The notes below the pieces were generated by a model. The model had not been told where the DNA came from and made no database searches. It worked only from the letters and a program-made list of their open reading frames with translations. A program made the translations under genes and the position numbers. 64,000 nt of DNA from Octopus sinensis (taxonomy: Eukaryota), in assembly GCF_006345805.1 (NCBI RefSeq), contig NC_043009.1, positions 32,116,001 through 32,180,000 on the forward strand. The letters are read 5' to 3'. Positions 40,411-54,824 of the stretch are shown piece after piece (positions within the stretch are counted from its first letter, which is position 1; the number at the start of each line of letters is the position of its first letter).

Positions 40411-41416
40411 TGTAACCCACTTCGCAGCCTGGCTCGTTCCCCTGCTCCACTTGCCCCTACCTCTCCGACGCCACGATCCTCCTAGGCTCCCATCATCGTC
40501 CTTATCATATCATCGACTCCTTTATCTGAAATTCTAGCAACGTAATGTATCTATCTCCAGCATTTTCTGCCCTTCTCTGTACATCGGTCAAACAGGACGC
40601 CGCTTGGCTGACCAGTTTGCGGAGCATTTCCGAGACACTAGACTCGGCAATGATACCCCGGTCTCACGCCATTTCCGCTCTACCGGCCATTCACTACAAC
40701 ACCTGTCTGTATTCGGATTGTCTATGCACTGGAGGCATACAGAATCCCGATTTCACCGTAAACGCGCATTAATCTTCTCCCTTCGCTCTTTTCGCCACAT
40801 GGCCTCAACTCCCCCTCCACCCACACCCTACCCTCACACTTCCCATTCCCACATACTCCTACCACATCCCAATCCTCTTATACCCCACCCTACCCCACGC
40901 AGACCCACACCCCAATCCCCATATACCCACACAACACACCACCACCCCACCTTACCACATCACACCACTCCACACACTAGCAGTGACCACTTCCCCGCAC
41001 TCACACCACACACTATGATCCATACACCATCATCCACATACCCATACATTACAGACGCACACATACATACACACATCCATTCACGTCAAAATCACTAGCC
41101 CCTATCCACACACACATTCTTACATACAGACACACGCACGCGCACTTACGTTTTGGGATCACCAATACTTTATTATCTCCCTTTTCTTCTACCTCTCCTA
41201 TCAAACCTATTTTATCCCAACCAGTCGCCATGCTTGATTGCTAAATCCACACGTTTTTTCATTCTCTCTCTGTTTATTTTCTCTTATTCCTTTCTGTTGA
41301 AAGCGTAGGCTCGAAACATAAAAGGCTTTCTCCTACTTTCTCAAGTGTCAATCTCATTCAGTTGCTTGTTGTTCATACACCTGTCTTCGTCTTTTGTTTT
41401 GTTGTAAATTTCAACT
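40411..41416 (+). mobile_element. Penelope-like element 3' part: Cys-rich linker, GIY-YIG endonuclease (frameshifted), C/A-rich region and terminal repeat
   Basis: PGSFPCSTCPY..SF(TC)NSSNVMY..PSLYIGQTGRRLADQFAEH..PVSRHF..R..LIFSL..HGLN. Confidence 0.85.
41289..41325 (+). ncRNA. Degenerate hammerhead motif (family 1)
   Basis: CCUUU-CUGUUGA-A-AGC(GUAG)GCU-C-GAAA-CA-UA^AAAGG; 5-bp stem I intact, core A6 mutated. Confidence 0.45.
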
Positions 41417-41687
41417 ATATATATATATATATATATATGAATTTGTTTCTGTGTGCCTGTCTTTGTCCCCCTACTATCGCTCGACAACCGATGTTAGTGT
41501 GTTTACGTACCCGAAATTTAGCAGTTCGGCAAAAATGACCGTTAAAGTAAGTACTAAGCTTACAATGAATAAGGTCTAAGATCGATTTGTTCGATTGAAA
41601 GCAGTGCTCCAGCACATGGCTGCAGTCAAATGACTGAAACAAGTAGAAGAATGGGAGAATAAAATAATATATATATTATATATAATA

Positions 41688-41766
<79 letters not shown>

Positions 41767-42620
41767 AATATATATATAATAATATATATATTATATATAT
41801 ATATATATTATATATATATATACGGAGAGAAAAAGAGGAGAATGAGTAACAAATAACGTTAGTTGCTGATTTATTAGATTTGTCGCCGTACCATAATGAC
41901 AAAACGGCAATCATGTGGAACGAAACTTGCAATCAAGTGTTCTCCAAAGTTGACATGACTTTAAGGAAATGGTCAGGCTCATTGTTTGGAGAAAGCGGGA
42001 TATAAAGTCTCTTCATGAGCAGAGCAGAGGTATGCGGTGCTACTTGCATTCTTAGGAAAACTCGGTGTATTGTGAAATATGCAGGAGCAATCTCCTTAAA
42101 TTTTCTCGGTATAAAACAATAAAGAAATATATTCACAACTTGTTAAAGTTCCACGTTAAAAGCAAATTTTACTACTTTAAAATTAAGTGTTCTAATATGT
42201 GCATACACGCTGACTCATATGTGTGTGTGTGCATGCGTGTGTGTGTGTGTGTATGTGTGTGTAGACATGTTTAGATTCATACATACATGCATATATACAT
42301 TTACGTATGTATGCATGTAAGGATGTATGACCACATGCAATATATATTTACATAGGAGGAGGAAGTAAACGAAAGAGAAGATATAAACTGAGAATGATTG
42401 ATAAATATCATAAATGTAGTATACACACATGTATATACACACACACATACGTGTGTGCATATTTCTATATATGTACGTTTGTATGTATATGCATGTGTGT
42501 TTATATACGTATATTCACGCATACATTCGCATATGCATTCATCTATGTATATACATATATACACACACACACACCATATATATATATGTATATATATATC
42601 ACATATATATATATGTATAT

Positions 42621-42651
<31 letters not shown>

Positions 42652-43074
42652 TATATATATATATATAGATATATATATATATATATATATATACATCCCT
42701 TCATTTTATTGATATTTAAAGTAATTACCATAACTTATTATTTATAAGCAAAATAAAATAAACACATTTTCTCATTTTCAACAGCTTTAGGTAGATATTT
42801 GACAAAAAATGGAATTGTTAATTTCTTAGAGAATTTGTTATTTTCCATGGAAAGAAAACAGGAAGTTTTTGTTTAGGAAGGAAGAAAAATGTTTTAGTTC
42901 TTTAAGTATGAATTTAATTCGATAAATAATTATTGTGTTAGATACAATTTCAATTTTACTTATGAAACCTAACTTATTTTCTTATTATTTTGTGTTTTAT
43001 AAGGTGTGCGCACATATATATATATATATATACACATATACATATCTATATATTGTGTATATATATATATATAT

Positions 43075-43115
<41 letters not shown>

Positions 43116-43272
43116 CATATACATATCTATATTTTCATATCTATCTATCTATATATATATACATATATATACATATATTATGTGTGTATATATATATATG
43201 TGTATATATATATGTATATATATATATATATGTATATATTAGGTGTGTATATATATGTATATATATACATAC

Positions 43273-43327
<55 letters not shown>

Positions 43328-43339
43328 CACATATACATG

Positions 43340-44260
43340 AGACATTACGACAAACAGAACCTTACATTATTAGTTTCTATCTTCGTCTCTCCACGGTGAT
43401 TGTCTGCAACTCCGCGTTGGATGTTCCAAGTGCAATCGGATGCTTAACGACAATAGATCATCAGGGAACTCTTTATTTATTTTTCTAATATCTTCTGCTT
43501 TCAATCAATATCTTAACTGAATTCACAATTAACTGTCTCCCCATTTTTTTATATAATCTATTTATTTCCTTCTCTTTGTCATTATGTATCTTGTCTTTCC
43601 TTTTCCTCCTTTCTCTGGCTCTTGGCTATATATATTTATTTATTTTTTTCATCAGTTTGTTTATATATATTTTTGCTTATCCATATTATATCTGTCCAAC
43701 ATAGTCTCACCCACCTTCCCTCCTTCTCTCCTATTTATTTTTCTCTTCTTTTTTCTCCGTACTTTTTCTCTGTCTTCGTTCTCTCTCTCTTCATTCTCTA
43801 TTTTGTCGTTGTTTCTTTTTCTTCCCTCTCTCCCTTTCTTTTGTTTCTTAATTTCTCTTTATCATTCCCTTCCAGCTGGTTTCTTTCTACATATCTCTCA
43901 AAATGCCTATAGAATTCATCACAGTCTACCCAACTCGAGGCACTGGTTATCTGTAACATAAGACAACAAAGTGTTCCTCAATGATCTCTTGTGGTTCAGC
44001 ATCCAAAGGAAATTGAAACATCCAAACGTAGAGTTCTAAACAGCCACAATGACGAAACGTACGTAGAAACTAACAATATAAACTTGCGTTTACCATAACT
44101 TCCTTCACATTTGCTCTGTATAAAATAAATAGTCACAACCATTAATACTATTTGGTATAGTAATTGCTTAACCACTGGAAACAGACTGGACGGGGATAAT
44201 CTACGTGGAGCTCTAAATTTAACCAGCTGTAGTCGCATATATATTTGTATACAGAAGATG
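43340..44260. mobile_element. Old element with diverged inverted repeats (43361-43471 and 43971-44082) inserted in (TA)n; probably PLE-derived
   Basis: The arms align in reverse complement (TTAGTTTCTA, TTGGATGTT.CAA, GGATGCT); they carry CTGATGA and GAAACGTACGTA motifs. Confidence 0.5.
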
Positions 44261-44388
44261 CACTATATAATATATATATATATATATATACATTAACCGG
44301 CTTACAAGAATGTATAATACGTAGCTTTCTTTCATTCTCTCATACTTTCTTACACATATGTATGTATGTATGTATATATGTATATATA

Positions 44389-45543
44389 CCATAGGATTGA
44401 CAGTCAATCTCAAGAAAACTGTTGTCATGCATCAACCTGGTAAGCAGTATAGTGTGCCAAATATCTATGTGAATGGTAAACGACTTGATGTAGTGGATCA
44501 GTTTGTCTACCTGGGAAGCACTGTTAATAGATATGGCAATATGGATGATGAAATTCCATATACAATTAGGAAAGCAAGTGTTGCTTTCGGAAGGCTAGAA
44601 AAGTGCCTCTGGAGTCAGCGAGACATATGCAGAAAGACAAAGATAAAGGTGTGCGAGGCATGTGTGCTCCATTCTCTTCTCTATGCCTGCGAGACGTGGG
44701 TCACATATCGATACCACCTTAAACAACTGGAACGTTTCCATCAGATGTGCCTCAGACGGATCTATGGCATTAAGTGGAAGGACCGCATCAGTAATCTTGA
44801 AATATTGGAAGGCTCTCGGTGTGAAAGCATTGAAGCTCTTGTGTTAAAGCAAAGGCTCAGATGGAGTGGTCGTCTGGTCAGAATGAAGGATTCAAGGATG
44901 CCAAAACAACTCTTTTATGGAGAGTTAGCTAAAGGAGAATGACCTCCACATAAACTGAAAAAGAGGTATAAGGACTTGCTGAAGGCTTCCTTAAGAGATG
45001 CTTGCATCTCTCCTGACACATGTGAAGGCATAGCTATTGATCGTAGCAGGTGGAGAAGGACTGTGCATGAGGGACGGCCACTTTTGAGAAATTTCGAGTT
45101 GCACATGAGAAAGTAAGGAGGGATGTCAGGAAGGGTATCGCTGATACACTTCCAGAAGGGAAGGATCTTCCTTTGATTCTGACATGCAATGTCTGTGCAA
45201 GACCCTGCTTCAGTAAAGCTGGACTCATGAGTCATCTTCGTAGTCATAAAACGAGACAGATGAGTGACAACCTGGCCACTGGTGGTGGTGTAACACACCA
45301 CACTAATCATATCTGTCGGGCATGTGGAAGAGAGTGTAATTCGGCAGGAGGACTTAAACGACATGCAAAGGTACATGAAACCCAGTTACAACTACAACCG
45401 GCTATTACCAGTAAAGGTTTTAGTTGCCAATGTTGTACAAAACATTGTAGATCTTTAGCTGGGCTAAAAAGTCACATTCGATCACAGCACCAGTAACAGT
45501 TAAGCTTCGTGCAATGGCCATACTCGATAACGAGGAGGCAGCC

Positions 45544-45545
<2 letters not shown>
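44389..45545 (+). mobile_element. RTE-clade LINE, 5' truncated: RT C-terminus, three C2H2-like fingers and 3' tail
   Basis: GLTVNLKKTVVM..VDQFVYLGS..LLYACETW..LRWSGRL.RM..RMPKQLFYGEL. The TGA at 44940 looks like CGA decay; (TA)n or (TATG)n on both sides. Confidence 0.92.
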
Positions 45546-45618
<73 letters not shown>

Positions 45619-45714
45619 TTAGATAAATTTAGATATGTTTCGACCAAAGATTGGCCCAGGCTATGTCTAACTTAATAGCACCACCTGATAGGATTATCTA
45701 AATCCTTTTAAAGT

Positions 45715-45850
45715 TTAGTTTTGTTTATGGTCCATTCAAGTAGTGAGTTCTTGTTGCGTGAGTTGTACCCAGGTATGGGTTGCTTATCTGGTATTCCTTG
45801 TAGAAATCTGTCCAGACAGTTGGCTACAAATCTAGAAAATCTTTTAAAAA
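45715..45850 (-). mobile_element. Probable CR1/L2-type LINE extreme 3' ORF fragment
   Basis: FK..LDRFLQGIPDKQPIPGY..RNKNSLLEW resembles the LD.FL..IPD.P..GY..NSL end of CR1-group ORF2. Confidence 0.5.
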
Positions 45851-47046
45851 ATACATGTGAAATGGTAAGTAAACAGAAATGACTTAACCATAAAGAAAAG
45901 AAAAACACGTCTCAGTCAATCGCAAATACCACAAGCTGTATAATAAAGATGTCTCGTTTTGCTACTGTTTCATAAAAAAAGGTGTCAATGAGCCAGATTC
46001 AAATGTTAAATGAGAGCAGCGCCCAGGCAGTTGAAAAAGAGCTGACGAAATAAAGAGATGTATTTATTTAGTGATGCATGTTGAATCAAAGTAAATATCG
46101 TTTCGTTTGTTTCAGAGGGTTCAACCGATCGAGTATAAAACTTAGCAGAAGACGGATCAATATTTTGTATTTTGTTACTAGTTAATATCCGGTGTTTATG
46201 TCTGTCATGTTTATAACCCATTTTATATAAATGTACAAGTGACCACTGCAAATAGAAAGAGATGACTAACTGCTAGGCTTATGGTAGAGATGTGAAGGAG
46301 TGGTGTTCATTAATTTCCGATCATAATGTTTTAAAAGAGCGAGTGAAGAAAAATTTACTTAAACCAGGAACTTAAAATTTTGTAATTCTTCTAAAGGTTT
46401 ACTAGAATCGTTAGAGAACCGGATAAAATTAATTACAGTTTGTAGTTATGACTTTTGATATGAGTTAAGTTTCGAAAGAGGGGTTTCGAATATATCGTAC
46501 GAGTGCTAGAATGGATGTAATCAATTGTTTCATCTCTGATCAGCTCCTGGGGGACTTGTGCGTACGTAAATGATCAATATTGTATGTATTGAAACAGTAT
46601 TGAGTTACATCTCTTAACGTTCTGATTTCGATTTACATTAAGATTAGGTTTTCTTATTGTCCGTTCGGGAGTGAATTGAGTTTGGAGTGAATAAAATATT
46701 GGTGAAGCACTGAAGTCCATGATAAACGACTTGTTTTGTTTGTTCTAGCGAATATTTGACATCTGGTACAGCCTGTATTAGAAATTAATGATACACATTA
46801 GAAACACTTCTATCACTGAATCCGTATCATACTATATACAACATAATGATCAAATATTCAGCCAGGATCAGTGAGAGCTGCAAATATTTAACACTCTACA
46901 AAGTATAGCAGGATATACACACTAATATAATTATAAAATAGCTAATGGCAGTGAATCATATAAAATGCAACATTCCAGATACAAAAGCATACACTACGCA
47001 CACATGTGTGCGTAGTATTTATATATATATGAATATATATATATGC

Positions 47047-47146
<100 letters not shown>

Positions 47147-47703
47147 CGTATGTATATATGTATATATAAATACCACATGCATTACAATACACGTATTTGT
47201 AGACATTGATTAGACGTTATAAAAATAGTGTGTTCTTTATGAAAATGTTTCAGACTGCAGATTAGTCAGAAATGAATGCATGCCCCTGATGACTCACATG
47301 AAATCAAAACAAGGCATGGATGTTTTTCTCTGATGTGACAGACAAAGTTATCAGAATAGTAAATTACATTTTTATATAACATTTATCAGTTTCTGACTTC
47401 ATTTTGATATACAGCGGCAAGCAATACACATCAAATACACCATGGTACACAAACACCCCCAAAGACACCCACACCCACACTTTCACTCTCTCTCACACAC
47501 ACACACACATACACACACTCACACACACCTATACATATATTTGTATATCCATATATTTATATATACTCACCACGTACACTACATATTTATATATATGTAT
47601 GCATATATCGTACATATACACAGTGTATATCTAAAATTCATGGCTATGTCCGTCATTCGCAACCGAGAATGACTTGATAGCATAGAATCACTAATTGTTT
47701 TAG

Positions 47704-47819
47704 ATGTCCATATCATCATGAGCCCAAACCTTCTCACTTTTGCGGCACTTTATGTAAACTCGATCCTGAAGCTCGAAGGTCGTCCATCCTAGGTTGCTGG
47801 GAGAAAGATGGAGAACAGC
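47704..47819 (+). CDS. Candidate internal coding exon, product unknown
   Basis: Acceptor AATTGTTTTAG, donor GTAAGT, single open frame CPYHHEPKPSHFCGTLCKLDPEARRSSILGCWEKDGEQ; not recognisably repetitive. Confidence 0.35.
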
Positions 47820-48375
47820 GTAAGTAGCAACAGAAATTACTGTTTAACACTGACCGTTTTAACAGAAATGTATGCATTGTTGGCCCCTGTTGTTCTTCTA
47901 GTATTTAAGGCCTCCATCACTGACGTTAAAGAATAGCTCCGAGTATTGGTTAGAAGGGAACACTATAGAAGCCGCCAGATGGATTGTGGCAGCAAATTTA
48001 AAGTTCCATCGGTGTTACATGTGTTATAGTCATTTGAGCTATGAATTCTGCTGAAGATACAAGCGGCTATGGTATACACAGCCACTTATATGTTAATTTA
48101 ATGATTATGAAGTTCAGCTGAAGAATGCTCATCGCCAAACTAGTGGAGGCGTCATCATTTATATATATATGTAGAGATATATATGCATACATACTTATAT
48201 ACATATATACATACCAGGCGTGGGTGTTTGGTAAGAAGCTTGCTTCTCAACCACATGGCTCCGGGTTCAGTCCCACTGTATGGCACATTGGGCAAGTGTC
48301 TTCTACTGTAGCCTCGGGCCAACCAAAGCCTTATAAGTGGATTTGGTAAGCGGAAACTGAAAGGCGCCTGTCGTA

Positions 48376-48461
<86 letters not shown>

Positions 48462-48499
48462 GTGTGTGTGTATGTGTGTGTGTGTGTGTTATCAAACGC

Positions 48500-48683
48500 T
48501 ATGCTTGACTTCTAAATCAACGAGTTTTTTTATTCTCCCTGTTTATTTCCTCTTATTCCTTTCTGCTGAAGAGCGTAGGTTAGAAGCATAAAAGACTTTC
48601 TACCTTCCCGAGCGTCAATCTAATACACCTGCTTGTTGTTTATACACCTGTCTTCGTCTTTTGTTTTTCTATAAATTTCAACG
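48500..48683 (+). mobile_element. Short PLE-derived repeat (hammerhead family 1); degenerate motif at 48558-48595
   Basis: Aligns end to end with 41229-41416; CCTTTCTGCTGAAGAGCGTAGGTTAGAAGCATAAAAG. Confidence 0.7.
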
Positions 48684-48730
48684 ATATATACGTGTGTGTG
48701 CGTGCGTGTGTGCGTGTGTGTATGCGTGTA

Positions 48731-48947
48731 TTCTTTTATTTGTTTCAGTCGATTGGTTCCGACCATGCTGGAGTACCGACTTTAGTAAAAAAAATCGACC
48801 CCAGAACTTATTCTTTGTAAGCCTAGTACTTATTCTATCGATTTCTTTTGCCGAATAGCTAAGTTACAGGGACGTAAACACACCAACATCGGCTGTCAAG
48901 CGATGGTGGGGGATAAACATAGACACAAAAATATATACATATACACA

Positions 48948-48978
<31 letters not shown>

Positions 48979-49151
48979 GTGTGTATGTATGTACACACAC
49001 ATATACATACGACGAGCTTCTTTCAGTTTCCGTCTACCAAATCCACCCACAAGACTGGTCGGCCCGAGTCTATAGTAAAAGACATTTGCCAAGGTGCCAC
49101 GTAGTGGGAGTGAACCCGGAACCATGTGGTTGGGAAGCAAGCTTCTTACCA
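48731..49151 (-). mobile_element. SINE family A, full length, nested antisense
   Basis: Reverse complement of the consensus from tail to head. Confidence 0.88.
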
Positions 49152-50197
49152 TAAAACTAGTGTTTATGTGTGCGTGTGTGTGTGTGCGTGTCTATGTTGG
49201 TCCTCCACTGCCATCGCTTGACACTCGATGCTGGTTTGTTAATGTTCCAGTAACTTAGCAGTGCGGCAAAAAAATGATAGAATAAGTACTAAGCTTACAA
49301 AAATAAGCGTGGAGACGATTTCTTCGACTAAAACACTTTGAGGAGGTGCTCCAGCATGGCCTCAGTCAAATGACTGAAACAAGTAAAATAATAAAAGAAC
49401 ACATACATACATACATGCATACACACACATATATATATATTCATGGGCGCACACACATACATAAACACAGAAATACAGACACATCGAGATATATATATAT
49501 ATAAACACACATATCCGCATATATACTTATAAGCACGTACACACATAAAGATTATATATAGATATCATGGCGTCTCACTGCCTCCAAACTATTAATACAC
49601 TAATCTGTCTGTATAAATACCCTTTTTCATTCTGTTTCTTTTCTCTTCTTTTGTTTTTATTTTGGTAACTTTTGTCTAACTGATTCTCTGCAGTTTTCTA
49701 GGTTCTTCATGAATAAATTATTGTTTTTAGAATTTATTTCTAAATTATCTTCAATCATAAATAAAGACATTATTCCTTAATATACTGGGATTTCCACATG
49801 GCAGTCGCTAACTACCGTGATGTTATCTTCTCCAATGTCTCTCTTGCTCTGTTTGTTGCCTCACTGATGTTCTTGTTGTTGTTACTCATGCCCATTATCA
49901 CGCTTTTATGCTTTTATTTATACATTTACATCCACAATTAGACACACTCCCGTATGCATATAGATATGTGTGTATATATGTAGCTGCATATGTATATGTA
50001 TATAGAGGGTTATACATATGAATATATTTATACATATATCTGTATGTACATACGTACTTAAATATGTACACAGACACGTACATAAGCAGACACGCACATA
50101 TATATATATATATATCCGCACATACATATATACGTGTATACATATGTATACAAGTACACTTATATTATGCTGATACATATATGTTTACGTGTGTATA

Positions 50198-50264
<67 letters not shown>

Positions 50265-50379
50265 GTGTGTCTGTATGTATATATATATATATAATATATA
50301 TATATATATATAGATATATATATATATAGTTACATATACGTATATTTGTATATTTGCATTTATGTATGTATGCACGTAT

Positions 50380-50720
<341 letters not shown>

Positions 50721-50824
50721 CATAAAGCAAATATTCAATTTTTGCTGTAACATAGTGTCATTGGTGTTGTTGGCACTGCTGTTGTTATTGTTGTTACTAT
50801 TTCTGTTGCTGCTGCCCCTTTTAC

Positions 50825-50910
50825 TGCAGTTGTTCTGTTGAAAAACACGAAAGTTCTGGGAAAAACCGAAAGATCTGAAAACATGACAAGCGCTCTCGTT
50901 CTATCAAAAC
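50825..50910 (-). CDS. Candidate coding exon, product unknown
   Basis: Acceptor TATTATTATTCTACAG, weak donor GTAAAA, frame (G)[28 protein letters not shown]. Confidence 0.2.
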
Positions 50911-50977
50911 CTGTAGAATAATAATAGCATTCATTTATCGTAATGTTAATATTGTGTGTGTGTGTGTGTGCGTGCGT

Positions 50978-51023
<46 letters not shown>

Positions 51024-51063
51024 ACACACACATATATATAAATCCATATATATATATATATAT

Positions 51064-51124
<61 letters not shown>

Positions 51125-51211
51125 GTATAGTGAAAGAGAGAGAAAGAGAAAGAGAGAGGGAAGAGAGGGAAAGAGTGACTGAGAGAGTGAGAGAGTATGT
51201 ATATATGTGTA

Positions 51212-51269
<58 letters not shown>

Positions 51270-51689
51270 GTAGAGAGGAGGGAGTGTATATAAATGTTGT
51301 TTACTTATTAACAAAATGATTTCTAGATAAAAAGGGGTGGGGTGGGGGTGGGAGCGATTGCAAAGAATACAAAGAAGGAAAGATAAAACAAAATCATAGA
51401 AATACACAGAAACCAAATGCGAAATATGTATGAGAAAAGTATAAATAAAAACAAATATAAAAGACAGAAGCAAATAATAATGGTAAAAGTATTTAAGAAG
51501 CAAAACAAAGCAAAACAATAGAAGGAAATGAAACAACACAAATATGAAGATATGATCGATACATTTGTAACTGTTTAGGAGGGAGTGTAGACATGTAAAG
51601 TATTATATCTAATTTTAAAAGGTTGCTTTCGCTATATATAAGGTTTGTTTAATGGAAAATACATAACTGTGTCGCATAATCTAAATCAT

Positions 51690-52300
<611 letters not shown>

Positions 52301-54700
52301 ATGCAGGCAGTGACATCTATAATCATAAAGATGTATGATAAACTGGTTTTATGATGACTTATAAAGAAACAATCAAATGTTCTAATTTACAGACAGAAAA
52401 TAAGTAAATATATAAATAAAACGATGACGAAAACCACGAAATCTTTAGCAACAGTAAGACACTACAACCACCACCACCACCACCGCCGCTACCACCGCTA
52501 CCACCGCCGCCGCCACCACCACCACCACCACCACCGCTGCCACCAGGTTTGTCTCGAAGAGAAAAATCTAAATTGAATCTAGAACTACGAATAAAAAGGA
52601 AAAATAAAAATCTTCGGAGGAAATAAATAAATCAACAATTTTTTTTCAAAATTATGGCTAAAAGTTTAATTATACGTATCAGTATACATATATACTTGAG
52701 TTTATGTACGCACACACGAACACACATACACACAGGCACATACACACACAGCCCCCCACACACACACATTATGTATATGCGCACACACCCTCTCCAACAT
52801 TTACAAACATATATATAATGCATTAGTGCTAACACGCTACCGACAAAATAGCGTGTAGGCAGTGTTTGTATTAAGTTAATGAACAATTGGACTAAAATCA
52901 ATACTGCAGTCACCAAAGATCTAAATAAATCATGTCATATTAAATCTATGAAGAAATCTCTCCAATATGAAAGAAAGTGATACATAGTAAATAGACAGTG
53001 TATTGTGAGAATTCGTTGAAACTGAAAACAATAAAAAATATGAAACGACTTGATGTTAACATTCTTAAAAATCGAAATACAGTATATGACCATTATACAG
53101 GCAGAGCGAGTACTGAGAAAGAATCGGGATAGAAATGCATGTGACAACAACAAAAAGAACATCATCAGCAGCAGCAACAACAACAACAACAATAATGTTA
53201 ATGATAAATTTTCGTGCCCCTTTGAATAGTGAAGAAGGAAAGCGAAACAGTAGACATATACAATACTCCTAAATACGAGCCCGACTTTAGAAAATGAAGA
53301 AGGTGAAGATAGTGTTGGGTCTTTGGAGAGAGTATCAGAAGGCATCAAGAGGAATATCAAGGAAATTGGAATAGAGTGCCCAGTAGAACTATTATAGAAG
53401 AGTATTAGATAGCTGAAAAGAACATATAGCATGATACCGTAGGTTGCCGGTAGCAAGTCCTCTACGCATGCAAGATTTCTAACAAAATCTGAGTTAAAAG
53501 AATGATAGTAATAATGTTTGCAATGATGTTTGCTTTTTTTGCTGTTGGTGTTGATGGTGGTGATAGTGATGATGATGGTGATTATGATGAGGCTGGGGAG
53601 GAAAATGGTGATGGCGGTGTCATTGTTGTGGTGGTGGTGGTGGTGATGAAGATGGTGATTTTTTTATTGGTCGTCGAGGCATCGAATGAAGTTGAGATTA
53701 CAAAGACTGGTTTCATAAATACATGTTTATATAAAGATTAAAATGAGTAGTGGTGGTGGTGGTGGTGGGTCAAACAATGCAATGATATTGTACAGAATAC
53801 ACAAAAATGATGGGGTACAAATTCTCGAATAGACTGTGTGGGACTTCTTCACTCTGGCCAATCATGGAACACTGCAGACCTGAGAACACCATCACCAATG
53901 ATGGGCAAATGCCTTTTACTGACAGTCATTAATTGGCGTAGAAGTGCATGCTTTCGCCACAATCATCTTTTATCAAATTTACTGGAGAAAAAGACGAAGC
54001 TTGACTTCTACCTTCGCTTTGCTTTCTAAGGGGAACATAATCAGCGAAGTGGACGAGTCGTCACAAAGTTGGACAAGATGCTTTCAGGTAACTGTACGAC
54101 TCTCAGTGCTCTGAGTTCAAATCTCACGAGCGCAACTTTACCTTTCGTTCTTTCTGGGTCGATAAAAAACGTAACAATCGAAGGCGGTGGATTGGCGAAA
54201 TTTTTTTAAATGTCGAACCGGTTTCCTTTGTGCTATTTGTTGTAGTTCTTTGCACCCTGAGTTCAAATCCGGCCATGGCCTACATGTGTTGAAGACTTAA
54301 TCGCAGTCCACTGTAACAACACTTTCTGGCACCTTGCATGCTTTTAACAGAGTTCACTCTGCTGGAAGCATTTGCTCATGTCTCTGGTTTAACGATACTT
54401 TCTTCCCTTCTTGCCCCCAATCTCGGGGGCTTTGTAACGTGTGAGTTGTTACTCTGTTCATAATCTAATTAAGATTTTGTTCGTATGAAGGTTTGGAATC
54501 AACCACACACCGATGGGTTTAACTGTCTGCCGAGCCAGCTTTGCTCAACGCTATCCGATAGTATGAACTTATCAGTCATACCAAAATCCCCATACATGAA
54601 ATGAACCTCCATATTCTACCATGTTTAAATGAGGACGTACGATATGTGAGATTTGAAGACAACAAATTCCTCGCAAACAAAGAGCAACTGTAACAGATAC

Positions 54701-54776
54701 CATCTGGATATGTTGTTGGTTCGTAATTATCATAGTAATCTGCGTTAGTGTTTTGCAATCTTCTTGTTCGAAACAT
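54701..54776 (-). CDS. Candidate first coding exon, product unknown
   Basis: MFRTRRLQNTNADYYDNYEPTTYPD+G, weak donor GTATCT, TATA and Inr-like motifs just upstream. Confidence 0.2.
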
Positions 54777-54788
54777 CTGCCGAAAACA

Positions 54789-54824
54789 CAATGACACTAC
54801 CATCCCACCTTCCGCCCTTTTATA
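54789..54824 (-). promoter_or_regulatory. Candidate TATA plus Inr core promoter
   Basis: TATAAAAG at 54824-54817, GGGCGG at 54817-54812, TCATT with A+1 at 54792 (32 nt from the TATA start). Confidence 0.25.

Larger units (their letters stand above)
40253..41650 (+). mobile_element. SINE family A split into 5' half (40253-40410) and 3' half (41445-41650) by a PLE insertion
   Basis: The halves are collinear and same-strand and join at the position of the internal microsatellite. Confidence 0.75.
48215..49397 (+). mobile_element. SINE family A split into 5' half (48215-48374) and 3' half (about 49185-49397), with nested elements between
   Basis: The halves are collinear; the inserts are a PLE-derived repeat and an antisense SINE A. 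Confidence 0.75.

Noticed and set aside
47280-47312. CTGATGACTCACATGAAA
   Set aside because: No pairing for stems I, II or III; chance match.
52935-53456. 173-aa ORF on the minus strand
   Set aside because: Extended by a CAA/CAG repeat; the non-repetitive part has no recognisable homology and no clean splice pair.
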